Positions 28,874 to 46,203 of a stretch of 64,000 nucleotides of DNA are shown one piece after another. A program made the position numbers and the translations under genes. Origin of the DNA: the human T2T-CHM13v2.0 reference genome, Homo sapiens; the NCBI RefSeq assembly GCF_009914755.1, contig NC_060929.1. One strand, written 5' to 3'. A model generated the notes under the pieces. It did not search any database, was not told the origin of the DNA, and saw only the letters and a list, made by a program, of their open reading frames with translations. Position 1 is the stretch's first letter. Each line of letters begins with the position of its first letter.

Positions 28874-30830
28874 AGAGAGAGAGAGTAGGGATCCACATGA
28901 GGTGAACCCCACATTCACCCAGCTCTCTCCCTGAGGCACCTTCCCAATTGTAGCACAGGGAAGTAGGAACCTACCAGAGAGTAGAGGTCTGCCTGGTTCG
29001 AGCATGCACATATTAGAGTTTGGAGCTGCTGAGGCAACTGGGATTTGTGGGAACAAGGTACTAGGAGGAGAGAGCCGCATAAAGAAAGACTCCCAGAAAT
29101 CTCCAAAAGGGTTCTCTGGACTCTTTGGCTGAATATTAAGCTATGCCTGCACAAAGCAAGACTCTGGAGGGCCAAAGAATAGCTTCTGGGGCAACCATGA
29201 GCAAAACAGAGATTCCGAGAGTGACACGGCACTGGGAAACAAACCACAGTGGGGAGACCTCACAAACAACCCAGGATCTCCGTTGAAATTCCAGAAATAT
29301 GGTGCCTCAGGAGTAGAGCTACTGTGGCTCTAGGGTAGGGGCTGTTCTAGACTTATCCAAAAATGCCTAAAATCAATCTCAAATAGACTTAACCGTAAAA
29401 TCCAACACTCCTTAAAAGAAGACTGCATAAGCCAAACTCTCACCAATGAAGCACCCCTGAAGTTGAGCATACAATAAAACAATTACTAGACATATAAAGA
29501 AGCGAGAAAGCATAAGCAAAACCGGGAGAGAAAACAGTCAATCAAAACAGCCAGAGGTGAGACAGATACGGGAATAAGCACACAAAGACGTTAAAACAGA
29601 TAACAGTAATATGTTTAAGGTCTTAAAGGAAAAGCTGGACAAAAATCAGAGGATGGGTAGGCAAGCTAGCAGAAAAACAGAAGTTACAAAAAAGATCCAG
29701 GCAAATTCTAAAGTCAAAATGATACAATATCTAAAATTTTTAAAAATCACTAGAAATAAGTAGTTTGGAAACTACAGAAGAAAATATTAGTGAATCTGAA
29801 AATAGATTTAAAAAGCTATCCAAATTTAGACATAAAGTGGGAAAAAGAGCAAAAATAAGTAAATCGTGCCTATGAGATAAGAAGCAAACACATGTAACAT
29901 TGGACACACAGCTAACCTACATATCATTGGAGATCCAGAAGGAAAGGAGAGGGGGATTGGGGTAGAAAAATCATTTGAAGAAATAATGACTAAAAGTTTT
30001 CCAAATGTGATGAAAATTATAAAGCGATATTTCCAAAAGGCTTTAAAAACCCTGAGCAGAATAAACACACACATACAAATCACACCTAGGCACATCACAA
30101 TCAAGTGGCTAAAAAGCAAAGTTTAATAAGAATCTTACAGGCAGCCACAGGAAAAAAAAAAAAAAAAACTCAGGGGAAAAATGATTTTTTATTTTTTATT
30201 TTATTTTATTTTTTAACCTATTATTATTATTATTATACTTTAAGTTTTAGGGTACATGTGCACAATGTGTAGGTTAGTTACATATGTATACATGTGCCAT
30301 GTTGGTGTGCTGCACCCATTAACTCATCATTTAACATTAGGTATATCTCCTAATGCTATCCCTCCCCCCTCCCCCCACCCCACAACAGGCCCCAGTGTGT
30401 GATGTTCCCCTTCCTGTGTCCATGTGTTCTCATTGTTCAATTCTCACCTATGAATGGGAACATGCAGTGTTTGGTTTTTTGTCCTTGTGATAGTTTGCTG
30501 AGAATGATGGTTTCCAGCTTCATCCATGTCCCTACAAAGGACATGAACTCAGAAAAATGATTTTTTAAATACTTGGTAACATATTGGGACAGCTAAGATA
30601 ATGGACAGCATTTTAAAGTGCTGAAAGAACAAACAAGAATAACACAGTCAACCTAGCATTCTCTATCAAGTGGAAATTTCATTCAGAAATAAAGGCAAAT
30701 AAAGCCATTTTCATATAAAGAAAAGCTGAGAGGATTCATCACTAATACAGCTTTAGTACTATAGGAAATATTAAAGGACGTCCTTTAGGCCCAAGATATA
30801 ATACGGGATGGAAATTTGGACCTTCATTCA
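28874..30830 (+). mobile_element. L1M (L1MD/L1M4-like) 5'UTR and ORF1; its start lies at about 27990-28123
   Basis: atgaggtgaaccccacattcacccagc; ORF1 remnants tttgaagaaataatgactaaaagttttccaaat, cacacctaggcacatcacaatcaa, tcaacctagcattctctatc. Confidence 0.7.
30191..30551 (-). mobile_element. L1PA5-like 3' fragment
   Basis: L1PA 3'UTR; 15-bp TSD gaaaaatgatttttt at 30176-30190 and 30552-30566. Confidence 0.9.
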
Positions 30831-30879
30831 GGAATAAACATACATCCTGAAAAATACATATGCACGTACAGAAGCTAGC

Positions 30880-32440
<1,561 letters not shown>

Positions 32441-32623
32441 TATGTCAAATATTTCCTTTTAAAATTTTTATTTAAGTATGACAATTGAAATTACACAAAT
32501 TCTAATTCTATAGCTTGATGATTTACCACAAAGGGAGTATATCTGTGAGTCTGAAGAATGATCTGCTCAAGTTCTTTTTCAGAATCTACAGGCGCCTTTA
32601 GGAGCAAAGTGAACCCATATGTC

Positions 32624-32875
32624 TCTTCTCCCTCCCCTCCCTTCCCCTCCCCTCCCTTCCCCTCCCCTCCCCTTGCCTTCCCTCCCCTCTCCTGCTCTCC
32701 TCTTCCCTCCCCTCCCCTCTCCTCTTCTCCCTCCTCTTTTTTACCTCCTTCCCCTCCCTTGGCATCCCCTCCTCTCTTTTTCCTCCATTCCTTCCCCTTC
32801 CCTCTTTCTTCCCCTCTCCTCCCCTCCCCTCACTTCCCTTCTCATCTCTTCTCTTTCCTTTCCTTCCCTTCCCCA
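32624..32875. repeat. CT-rich polypyrimidine tract, (CCCCT/CCCTT)n-like
   Basis: About 250 bp almost entirely C/T. Confidence 0.95.
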
Positions 32876-33379
32876 AATATTTTTCACTGACTTATTTTAA
32901 TTTTCTCCAGCTTCTCTAGCTCTTCTTTTAAATTACCGCACCCATCCCCTCTCCATCAAAAACAAAAGGATATCTTTTATTGATACACACATGCACACAC
33001 CTACACACACACTCAAATAGCAAATCCAACAATTCAAGACTCTAAAGGACACTGTTTGATGGGACTTTAGCATTGTGTTAAATGTTATAACAAAAATATT
33101 ATAAAAATTTAGCCTAACACCAGCAATATCCATTGGAGGAATTAACAAAGTTGGACAAGTAATGTTATTAGTGTAATGTAGTAGCTGTCAGTGATTAATA
33201 AATTGATACAGGAAGACACATTGTAATGTAATCAAAGTACATAAAGTGTATCTCAAAGTAAGTTTTATCCCTAAAATAATAAAAGCCCTGAAATTCAGAT
33301 GAAATACTAAAAACGCATAAAGAGAACTGGACATTAGAAATAAAAGTAGAACCACTGTTTTACCATGGCACATAGCTTC

Positions 33380-33760
33380 GCGTTAAAAGACTACATTTTT
33401 CAGCCGAGTGTGGTCATGTTACCACACTCATTTGGTTTGGGCCAAATGAACATGAATCAAAGTGATGTGTAAAGGCTCTGAAACCTGCCCTTAAAGAAAA
33501 GGGACAGGCCCTTTTCTCACCCTATTCCCTTTTTGGCTGGCAGGAAAGAGAATATGAAGGCAGGAGCTACGGTCGTCATTTTAGAACTCAAATGGACAGT
33601 GACAGTTGAAGATGGCAGGTCAAAAAATTAACAGTCCGGGTTGCAGTTACCATCTCCACTGTGTTCAAACTATTACACAAAAGGGAAACTCTTCTCTAAC
33701 CTGTTTCAGCCATTGCTATTTTTGAAGTTTAGTTATAGAAGCTCATAAGTTATTTCTTAT
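33380..33760 (+). mobile_element. Old MLT1 (K/L-like) LTR
   Basis: gtgtggtcatgt..aagtgatgtgt..cccttaaag..aagatggcag..tgtttcagccattgctatttt. Confidence 0.55.
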
Positions 33761-34357
33761 ACCATGCAAATTACCTACATTTTTTTGCCATGACAGAGAA
33801 ATACGTGAAGGTGAATGTCAAATAAAAATAGAAACAAGTAACAGGACACAATTGCCAAATACCTTTTAGGACCATGACCCAGTACTCATCAAACTACTCT
33901 GGCTTTTCATCATTTCAAGCTGAAGTTCTTGTCCCTGTGACCTAGTGAAACAGTGCTTATTTTCATTGTTGGTATGATTATGTCCATCTAATGATAAGAA
34001 CATTGGAAATCTGCTTTTAAGTATTGTTGTTTTCCCAGTCTATCTCACACTTGTTTATCTAGCCTACAGCACAATAAAGAAACTAGAATCTATTTCTTCC
34101 CAAGGTACCAGATATTATGACTTTACTTTTGATTAGTTTGATGGTTTTTTTTCTTTTTCTCAGATATATCTTTGAATGATCATCAGAAAAATTATTACAC
34201 TAACCTTACTGGTTTTTGTTTTCTGTGAAGAAAAGCATGGAATCCTTTCTGCACGACATTATCTGTCACTTTCCTTGCAACTTTGGGTTTGACTAAATAT
34301 TTTTTTTTTAACCAATGGAAAATTTCTAGTTTAATATTGTACTATATATATATATAT

Positions 34358-36107
<1,750 letters not shown>

Positions 36108-37572
36108 CTAATATTTCTTTAACTACAGTTTGTAAAGCCCTTGGTCTGTCACTGGCACCTTTTTTTTTTTCACTTTATTCAGATTAACCAAAAGATAATG
36201 ATTCTTTTTTTAACTAATGGTCCTGGATTATCTCTGTCAGTTGGCTGATGAGCTGAGGATGTGAAAAACACTATCCATTAGAATCTGGCTGGTGTCCCCA
36301 ACAGAACAAAGGTCAGCTCCTGTAATGGAGAGCACATATTGCCATGAGTGATGCTTTCTACCCAGTCTAATCCAATTCCTCCCAGTGGTCAGGCACGTAG
36401 AAATCTCCAAAGCTCAGAAGAATCAAAATACTTGTAAAATTCATCTGAGTCAAAGTGACTTGTTCACCAAATGCACAATTTTTCAGTTAAGAGCATTTTT
36501 ATAAAATGACCCTTCCTTCTAAACTATTTTCAAGCCACAAACTACAGCCTTTTTGTAAAGAAATTAAAATACGCCATCAGAAATTTGAGAAAATACACTC
36601 AAAAGCCACTGTCCTTCAAATGTCTGTGATCCCTTTTAAATCTTTGTTAAAGTACATGTCTAAACAGCCTCTATTAAAATAGCGCTCAACAATTCTAATT
36701 GCTTTATAATTGTAGAGAAACCACTAACAGCATGCATGTGTTTTCTTTACCAGAGAAGCACACCAGAGTTCAAGAATATAAAATTCTGAGACAAGGGATG
36801 TGTGGTAAAAGGAGACTGTGCTTGGGCTTTGTATTATACAGCTCTGCATCATTTCATTTCCAACTAGCACTGCCAGATCTTAGGGTAGAGAATCAAAGCC
36901 TTGTTCCCTCATTAGGACAGGCTTCACTGATTGTTTAATGATGCTTTTATTTTTCTTTTATTATCTTTTGCTTCTTTTCATAAAAGATCTTATAGTTTAC
37001 TGGATTTTAGCAGAAATCCCAGCAATATTATTGTTTCATTTTTCAATATTAAAGAAGATTGCTGCATAAGAAAAGTCATCTCCTGAGATTTGAGTCCTGC
37101 TGCCAGTGCCAGTGCCTCTTCACTGAAACATTCATGTTTTCATTTCTGAAACAGCAGCAAATGCTGCGATAAAAATATTCTTCTTCCTTCAGTGGCTGGC
37201 AAAAATTTGCCAAGGCAGCTACGAGCTGAGACAAAGTTTTGAAAAGGAAAAGAACATTCAAGAGCCCAAGCATTCTTGAATTTTAATTCTTTGTCAAACG
37301 CAAAGTTTCAGAGCAAATAGAAACACCTCCTTAAGGTGTAATTAAGCATTTTCATGGACTTTAATTATCACTTATATCCTGAGGAAGGATAGGGGAGCAT
37401 GTTTGCAGTTGTACACACTTTCTTTTACCGTCCACAGAACATTATAATCACAACTTAATGATTTAAGGGACACATTAAATCATTAAGAGGGACACATTTG
37501 CAATAGAACTGTCTATGTAAAAAATACTGGAGTCTCTGAAATAGCCCTAGCATCTTTAAAATCTATCAAGTA

Positions 37573-37865
<293 letters not shown>

Positions 37866-38229
37866 CTATCAAATAATCAGTGGGAATTTACTACGTGCCC
37901 TGAGCCATGCTCATCTCTGTTGATGAAAACATATAATCCTTTGTCCCTGAAGGAAGTGAGGAAACATGACACATATTAAAAATAAGAGAATAATGACAAG
38001 TCAAAGAGTCAAAGAGCTGTGTACCCAGAGAGCATTGTTCTGACCCAACTTACTTTTCTTGAATTAGACCCTGGATAGATGCCAGAAGTCTGCTTTGAGA
38101 GATTTCTGAGAAACAGCTTGAGTGTAATTCACTACAGTATTTCTTATACAGTTGTTAGAAATCATTTGCCTCAAATAAACAATCTAAAAATCACAGAAAT
38201 AACAAACAAGGAGATGTTGTGAGATACAG

Positions 38230-38500
38230 ATAAAATTGCTGAGGTTAAAGAAAAGTGAGGATACTCAAGGAAGTTTTCTTGGAAGAGATAAGGCTTGAGC
38301 AGTGCCTTTAAAAAAATTAGGTAAGTTACAACCATAAAAAGGGCAGGAGAGGAGTCAAGACTGAAAACATAGTCATTTATACATTAATTCAACACATATT
38401 TATTAACCCATGCCAAACTATGTACCAGCACTTAAAGTGCAACAACAAAAAAATGAACATCATTTCTGTCCTCAGGGAGCTTACTTTCTAGTGAAGAAAT
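38230..38500 (-). mobile_element. L2 fragments
   Basis: ggaagttttcttggaaga, attcaacacatatttatt, ctgtcctcagggagcttactttctagt. Confidence 0.6.
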
Positions 38501-39527
38501 ATAGGTAGCAAGATAAGACCATGAAATATTTAACTTTGGGCATGGCTTTCTTTCCTGCACTTCCCGACCATAGTATCAGGCAGAGCCAGGGGTATTCATA
38601 CTTCCTAAAGGAAAAATAGGACTGTTATGGCAGAAAGAGAAGAAAATAAAGAGTAAACCTCTATGGTTTTTATTTTTTATTCCTTCCAAGCCAAGAAAAT
38701 GAGAAGACAGTCCCCAAGGGAAGTGGAGTACAGGAGCTTATCACACGCATGTATACAAACACAGGCACACACCACAGAAAGAAGATAGACTCTAGATGGG
38801 GTTTACCTGTGCTGAAAGGAGAAAGAGAGGTCATGAGGCAGTACTTTAGAGGAGGTCAGATAGGGAGGAGTCAAGCAGAGAGGAGGCTGTTAACAGAATG
38901 AGCATATCAGGGACTGCCAGTGGTCAGAGCCAGAGACTACGTGGTACTGACCCAACACTCACAGACCTCTGGCTTTTGGACTGGGAATGCCCATTGCCAC
39001 TGCGGAGGAGGCAGCTATTTTCATCATGGGAAGCAAAGGGCATCCCACTGGCAGTTCTTGCCCACACACCACCATGGATCATCACCGTGGATCATATGAC
39101 TGATCCACGGTGGTATCAGTTGAGATTCAGTGTGCCTGTATCTCACTTGAGAATTAGCTGACACTCTGTGAATGACTCAGGTCACTTTTAACCTTCTGTC
39201 ACACTCAAAAGAAAGTATAAGTTCTTGAATTCTGGAGAAGGGTTAGTGATAAGAGAAGATCCTAGTATTGGTTCTTGGATTTGCTGAATGGTGGGAAAAG
39301 CCATGCTTGTTACATAAGCTGCACTTTCACATACGTGTGTGTGTAGACACTTACCTATGGCTAAAGAAAGGGCTGTTAGATTCCAATAAAGTTTAACAAT
39401 GGAATTTTAAAAAGTTAACCCTATGATGCCTGGTAATGTAATGGGATAAAGAATGATTGATGTTGATGTTTCCCAAACTTACCTAACTATAAGCATCACC
39501 TGGGGCGATTGTTTAAAAGGCCAGTTT

Positions 39528-39820
39528 CTAAAAGTAGATCTACCATTCAATCCAGCAATCCCACTACTGGGTATCTACCCAAAGGAAAAGAAATTGCTAT
39601 ATCAAAAAGACCCCTGCATGTGTATGTTTATTACAGCCCGATTCACAACTGCAAAGATATGGAATCAAACTTAGTGCCCATCAACTGATGAGTGGATAAA
39701 GAAAATGTAATACATATGTGTGTGTATCTATATATTACATATATATACACATACATACACTGTGGAATACTACTCAGCCATAAGAAAATAATGAAATAAT
39801 GTCTTTGCATCAACTCAACT
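39528..39820 (+). mobile_element. L1PB/L1MA ORF2-end fragment
   Basis: [22 protein letters not shown]...CMFITARFTTAKIWNQ. Confidence 0.8.
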
Positions 39821-39925
39821 GTAATGGGCAGAGGATTATTTGCTCACTAGTTTGTTTCCAAGATTGTGTACAGCACCAAGCACAGAGCAGGTACTTGATG
39901 AGTATTTGTTAAGCGCTGAGGACAC

Positions 39926-40424
39926 TGCTAGTGGTCTGGCCAGATCTCCTGGGCCCTAGGATCCTTGCAGTGTGTACCACCCCCCACACCCCCCACCCCA
40001 CTTCTGTGTGATTTTGCTTCTAATGACCTACACCTTGATTTGCTTTGAGGGATAATCTGTGACATCTGAAGCCACATCATCCAGATATTCAGAAAGCTGG
40101 AGATGCTTGGGGTTTTATATCTCTGAAACTGGTCTTTAGGGAATGAGTGACTACTGACTCTGTGAGAATATGAAAGCCCAGCTCCCTGATCTTAAAGAAG
40201 AAAAACTTGGAGGCATAAACCGCACTCCTAAGTTTCTCTTTAGGGTCAGGCTGAAGCCAGCCTCCACCAGACTTTGCTTATAGTCACATCCTGGCTTGGC
40301 TCCTTCTCTTGCCCTCCTCTGCTGCCTGCATTCCTTTGCAAGTGTCTCCAGCATATCTTCAATCAATTCTTTGCACACAAATCCTCAACTCGGGGGTTGC
40401 TTTTGGGGATCCCAACCAAGACAT
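39926..40424 (+). mobile_element. LTR16A-like ERVL LTR
   Basis: atgaaagcccagctccct..gggtcaggctgaag..ttgcacacaaatcctca..ggatcccaaccaagaca. Confidence 0.65.
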
Positions 40425-41399
40425 TCAGTAAGTTGAACAAACTGTTCCTGATACAGAGAAATTTTTATTCAGTTAGTATGGCCTCCAAGGCTCATGAAGA
40501 GTAAGGCTACAGGGGTGAGGTTTGTATTGTGTATGTTCTAACAGATACCAGGTATCAGCCAGAGATTCATCAATGGAATAGGAATACCCAAATAGCTCTT
40601 TCTACGGGTAGCAAATGTCTATGTGCAACAAGGGCAGAAGAAAATAAGAAGATGATAGGGGATTTTTAAGGTAGAAAAGTGAATCTCTATCAGGAGCATC
40701 TTCTCTCTGCTGATACACAGTACACTTGAGAGCACGGATTTCTTGGTAAATGGTTATTAAAAAGCTTTGGCCTTTAGCCAGGCAATGAAAAGAAATGCAT
40801 ATTTTTCTTAGGTGTGTCTGAGCTATTTTTTAAAACCCTTTGAAAAGCTGAGCTATAAAAACATGAGAGGAAATGGCCAAAGAAATTTCAGCTTTGTAAC
40901 TGTGAAGGCTGCATGTAAAGAGCAGAGATATTTGCAAGCTGTCAGAAAAGACCAGGGTGTGCATGAGTGTGATTATAAGTGTGAATGTTTGCAGCGGATT
41001 ATGTCCCTGTAAAAGTAGTTTATTTCTGACAGCAAAAGGAAAACACAGAATTTATTTAATGTGAAGCCATTTTGAATACAATTATGGAAAATTTCAGAGG
41101 GATTATTCATGAATTAAATCAGAATAGTGCTTCCTTTCATTTCTAGGATGAGAATAAGACATAAGATTCCTATATATGTGTTTATATATGGATACATATA
41201 TATATAAACATCCATTTAAATGAAAGCTCCAAATGTAACTCATTCCTCTAGGCATAGCATAGCTAAAATTACTCACCATAGTCCTTGTGTTAGAAAACAA
41301 ATTCTCCTGGTCTAAAATGCTTTTTTATATATTCTAAAGAATTTGGCACTCCAAATTTTGGCTGACCTGTAAAATATTCTATGGGAATATTACTTCCTG

Positions 41400-43800
41400 A
41401 ATTCTGTTCTATTCTATTCTGTTCCATTGATCTATTTGTCTATCTTTATGTTTCTATGCCATCCAGCCTTGATTAATGAAGTTTTATAATAAATCTTAAA
41501 ATCAGGTAGTAGTATTCTCCAATTTTGTTCTTTTTGAAAATCATTTTGGATATCTAGGCCCTTTACATTTCCAGATGAGCTTTAGAATTAGCTTTTTTTC
41601 TGTCAAAAGAATACCCTGCAAATATTTGACTCTTATGTTCAATCCTTTTAATTGAGGTATCCATTTTCATTTAGTACAGTTATTGAGGTGGTTAGATATA
41701 ATTCTATCATGTTATTTTATATTAATCTCATTCATTCTTTATTCTCCTTTTCCTTTCTATCTCCCTTTTTTGATCAACATAGCATTTTTTATTATCTCAT
41801 TTTATCTCCTATGTTGGCTTATTGGTTCTAACCCTTTGTTTTGTTTAGTAGGTACTTTATGGTTTATAGTATACATTGTTAATTTGTCACAGTCTATTTT
41901 CAAGCCATATTATGCCACTTCATGGATATTTTAAGAAGCTTTACAACAGTATGCTTTTATTTTTCTCTACAGAGCCTTGGTTCCACTGGTGTGTCTCAAC
42001 ATATTTTCATATCTTTTATAAACTGCATACTATATGATTAGTTTTGTTTAAATAGCCAATTTTCTATTAAAGTTATATAAATTACAGGAACACAGTCTTG
42101 TGTATTTACTCATATTGATCCCATTTTAGTGCTCTTTATTCCTTTGTATAAATCCATATTTTCAGGGATATCATTTTCCTTCTATCTGAAGCACATCCTT
42201 TCACATTTCTTATAGTTCATTTCTGCTGGTGATGAATTCTTTCAGCTCTTGTATGTTTAAAAATGTTTTTATTATGCCTTGGTGTCCGGAAGGTATTTTC
42301 CCATGGCATAGAATTCTATGCTGACTTTTTTTTTCTTTTGGATGTGGAACACTGTTTTCTTGCATTGTTTCTGATTTTAGAAAAATCTACTTTGTTTCTT
42401 ATCTTTGTTTTTCTGTACATAACTATATCATTTTTTTCTGGTTGCTTTACAAATTTTCTCTTTATCACTGTTTTTGGGCAATTTTATTATGATGTGGTTT
42501 GGTGTAGCTTTTTTTTTTTTTTCTTTTTTTGTGCTGGTTCTTGTGTAGCTTCTTGGATCTATGATTTGCAGTTTTCATCAAGTTTGGAAAAAGTGCTATC
42601 ATTATTTCTTCGAATATTTTTCTGTCACCTATTCTCTTCCAGGGACTTCAATTACACATGTATTAGGCTGTTTGAAGTTGTTTCACAGCTCATGGACACT
42701 CTTTTTACTTTTTAAAATTATTTTGTTTCTGAATGTTTAATTTTGAGTGCTTTCTATTACTACATCTTCAAGTTCACTATTCTGCCATTTCTAATTTGAT
42801 GTTTATCATATCCAGTTTATTTTTTCACACTGGGCATTGTAGTTTCCATATTTTTAAAAAAATTGATTTGGTTCTTTTTTTATATCTTCCATGTCTCTAC
42901 TTAACATTTTGAATATAACTGTCTGAAAGTCCTTGTTTGCTAATTGTAACATTTATGTGAGTTATGGGTCAATTTTAATTAATTGATTTCCTTCTCATGT
43001 TGGTCGTCGTTTCCTTACTTTTTCCATACTTGGTAATTATTTATTGTATACCACAGATTGAGAATTTGACCTTCCTAGGTGTTGGATATTTTTGTATTTC
43101 TTTAAATATCCTTTTGTTTTTGTTGTGGGACATAGTTACCTGGAAACCGTTTGATCCTTTTGGGTCTTTCTTGTAAGATTTCTTATGCAGTACTAGAATT
43201 ATGTTTAACTTGGGAGTAATTCTCCTCTACTACTGAGGCAAGACCTTTCTTTCTACTCTAAACAACTGCATGTGACTTACAAAGTTTTCCACTCTAGCTG
43301 ATAGGAACAGGCACTTCCTGACCCTGTGTGAACAATGGGTGCTGTTCTCGCTAATGCTTGTGGTGGTCCTTTCTTCAGCTTCAACTCCTTTCTTCACATG
43401 AATGTGTTGATCAGTACTCTGCTGAACTCAAGAGGCAACCCCTGCAGTTCTCCAGAGTCCTCTCTCTATGAAACCCTTATTTTCTCCTACACTATTGTGA
43501 GCTTTAGCTGCCTTGGTCTCCCTGGATACTCAGCTCTGTCTCTTTAATTCAGGGAGTTTGCTGAACTACACCTGATTTCCCCTCTCTGCTCTAGTCCAGG
43601 AAATTCTCTCAAGGCATTAATCTGAGGCAGCCAAAGGTCTTACTTCATTCACCTCCAATATTCCAGAGGTCACTGTCCTTCATTATCTAATATCAAGTTT
43701 CTTAAAAGCTAATGCCTCGTATATTTTGTTCAGTTTTTCATTCACATCAGGCAGGAGGGAAAAACCAGTCTCTAAAACTCTGTTTTGACCATGAGTGAAA
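41400..43800 (-). mobile_element. Old L1M fragments (ORF2 piece, then ORF1 and 5'UTR)
   Basis: attctgttccattgatctatttgtc; tctgctggtgatgaattctttcagct; ttttcatcaagtttggaaaa; tactgaggcaagaccttt. Confidence 0.75.
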
Positions 43801-43829
43801 TTCCTAGCATGGTGTTTAATTCAGGTTTA

Positions 43830-43940
43830 TATTTATTTTCTAGATATGAAAACTAAGGCTTAGAGACGTTGGGTAACTTAATCAGCCTCACACACCTGGT
43901 AAGAATTGTAGCCAAAATTTGAAATCTGGTTGTCTGACAG
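43830..43940 (-). mobile_element. MIR
   Basis: gatatgaaaactaaggcttagagacgttgggtaactt..cacacacctggtaag..tgtctgac. Confidence 0.7.
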
Positions 43941-45437
43941 AGTCTTTGTGTTTCTTCACTTCTTTGCTTTACCCTAATTCCTGGATATTTCAAATCTAGG
44001 CATAGATGACAATGGTGACTAAACTGCAACATATTATTAACCAGAGGACCTCATTCTCTAACCATACCAGTTAACAGAGCATTTACTGTAGGTCTTTGGT
44101 GATTTTTCAATACAGAGACCCCCTGCAGGGGTTCATGGCTTTAACTAATTTTCATATGTATTACTCCACAATGCAATGACATCCTTTCCTAACTGATCTT
44201 TCAAAAATAAATAGTCCACTGTGCCTATATAAAAAGCATTGTTCCACCAGATTATTTCACACTTGTCTTTGCCTTCCCAGTGCACAATAAGTGAATGTGA
44301 CGGGAGGAAATTTACCATCTGCAACATAACACATGGCTCCTTTTTCTACAGTGACTGAGAGACTACAGCTCTTTCTCTAGATTGCAGAGAAAACAATGCT
44401 TCTATGCAGACATCCAGAATCATGTGCACAAACATACTGTTTGCAAAATAATCCTGGTCTCTTAGCCTCTGTCAGCAAAAGCAAAAGTGAAGTTTCACCG
44501 ACTAGTCTCACTTCTTTCTCATCCTATGGTTTCATTGTTTTACTAAAATTTATAAAAGTTTATATTTTTCCTGAAAAATCTTAGCATTGAATTTAATCCA
44601 TGGTTATTCAAAAGTTTAAATTCTTCAGGAGCCGTTCTAATATATATGGTATGTGTATATATCAGAAGTCTACATGCATATAATATATGTAATAATTACA
44701 TTACTGGATTAAAATGAAGTGGTGAGTGAGCCAGGGTCCTTTTTCTTTTTGGTTATTTCACTTAGTAGGCTTTGGTGTCTGTAAGAAATGAGCAAGATTT
44801 AGGAGAAATCCATCTAGAGAACAGAGGAAGGTGGAGGCTGCCCACAACTAATAGAGTTATAACTATCAGCATATTTATGAGGTTACCACAGATATGACCT
44901 CTTTTAAACAGGCAGCATTGAAAGTGTTTCTTAGTCATATGTAAATAATTGAATGTATATTGCACACTACTTGGAGGAAGAACTGAAACCTGGTTTATCA
45001 AATAACTGAATTAGCTTCCTTTCTTGATGAGATTTTTCAAACATCTTAATTTCTATCTGCAAAAGGTTTGAGGTTTGCTGTTTTGGGGATCTGCATGTAA
45101 AACTGTTTCATCTCATTGACTGGCTGAGACATTTCTTCTTGGTTTAGCTTGATTGTATGTTCATATTGTTGGTTGTTATCATTTTAAAAGACACTGAGCC
45201 AAACTTGGATGCACTGATCAGAAGAATTCACTTAAGTAATTAAAAAAAAAACAAAATTCATGTACCTGCTAGATTTCAGATACCGATAAGATACACAATT
45301 CCATTTGGAATTCACTGGAGTAGAGCCAGTGGCTCCCATCATCACCAGGAGTCATTTTTTGGACTATGAAATGCTGCATGTGACTTAGGATAGTTCTGTG
45401 TGCTGAATTAGTTCCAGAGACTTGAATATACAGGTCA

Positions 45438-45522
45438 GTGAACACACAGAATCTCTTTTGGTTCTAAAAATAATAATGGTATTTTTTATTATTTTTGGAA
45501 CCAAAAGAGACTCTGTGTTCAC
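45438..45522. repeat. Near-perfect inverted repeat (37-39-bp arms, 9-nt loop)
   Basis: gtgaacacacagaatctcttttggttctaaaaataataa / ttattatttttggaaccaaaagagactctgtgttcac. Confidence 0.93.
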
Positions 45523-45820
45523 AGAATAATGGTATCTTTTATTTGCATATGGCATTATAGTTTTGAAAACACAGAACTACATTTTTAAAGAAGTTTATAA
45601 TCCAGCTTGGGAAACAAAACAAAAATATGTAGAACGATTAAGTGCTCAACTATAGTTCAGCTGATTATAGAAGCAAAGGAAAATAGAAGTAAAAATCTAA
45701 ATAGAGTCATTGAAAGAAGCTTTCTATAGATTGCTTAGTAGACACAGGTGAGGAGAAAAGCTCTCACAAATCATGTAAAACAGCATGGGCAAAGGCAAGA
45801 AATAAGAGTATAATACATGA

Positions 45821-46203
<383 letters not shown>

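Noticed and set aside
28445-29080. 211-aa minus-strand ORF with a partial paralogue at 27882-28115
   Set aside because: Antisense to stitched L1 fragments; the similarity comes from the local duplication and there is no promoter or coding evidence
32558-32900. Pro/Ser-rich and Gly/Arg/Glu-rich ORFs
   Set aside because: Artefacts of the stop-poor CT-rich low-complexity tract
42263-42715. 150-aa hydrophobic ORF resembling a membrane protein
   Set aside because: T-rich antisense strand of an old L1 ORF1, a common artefact
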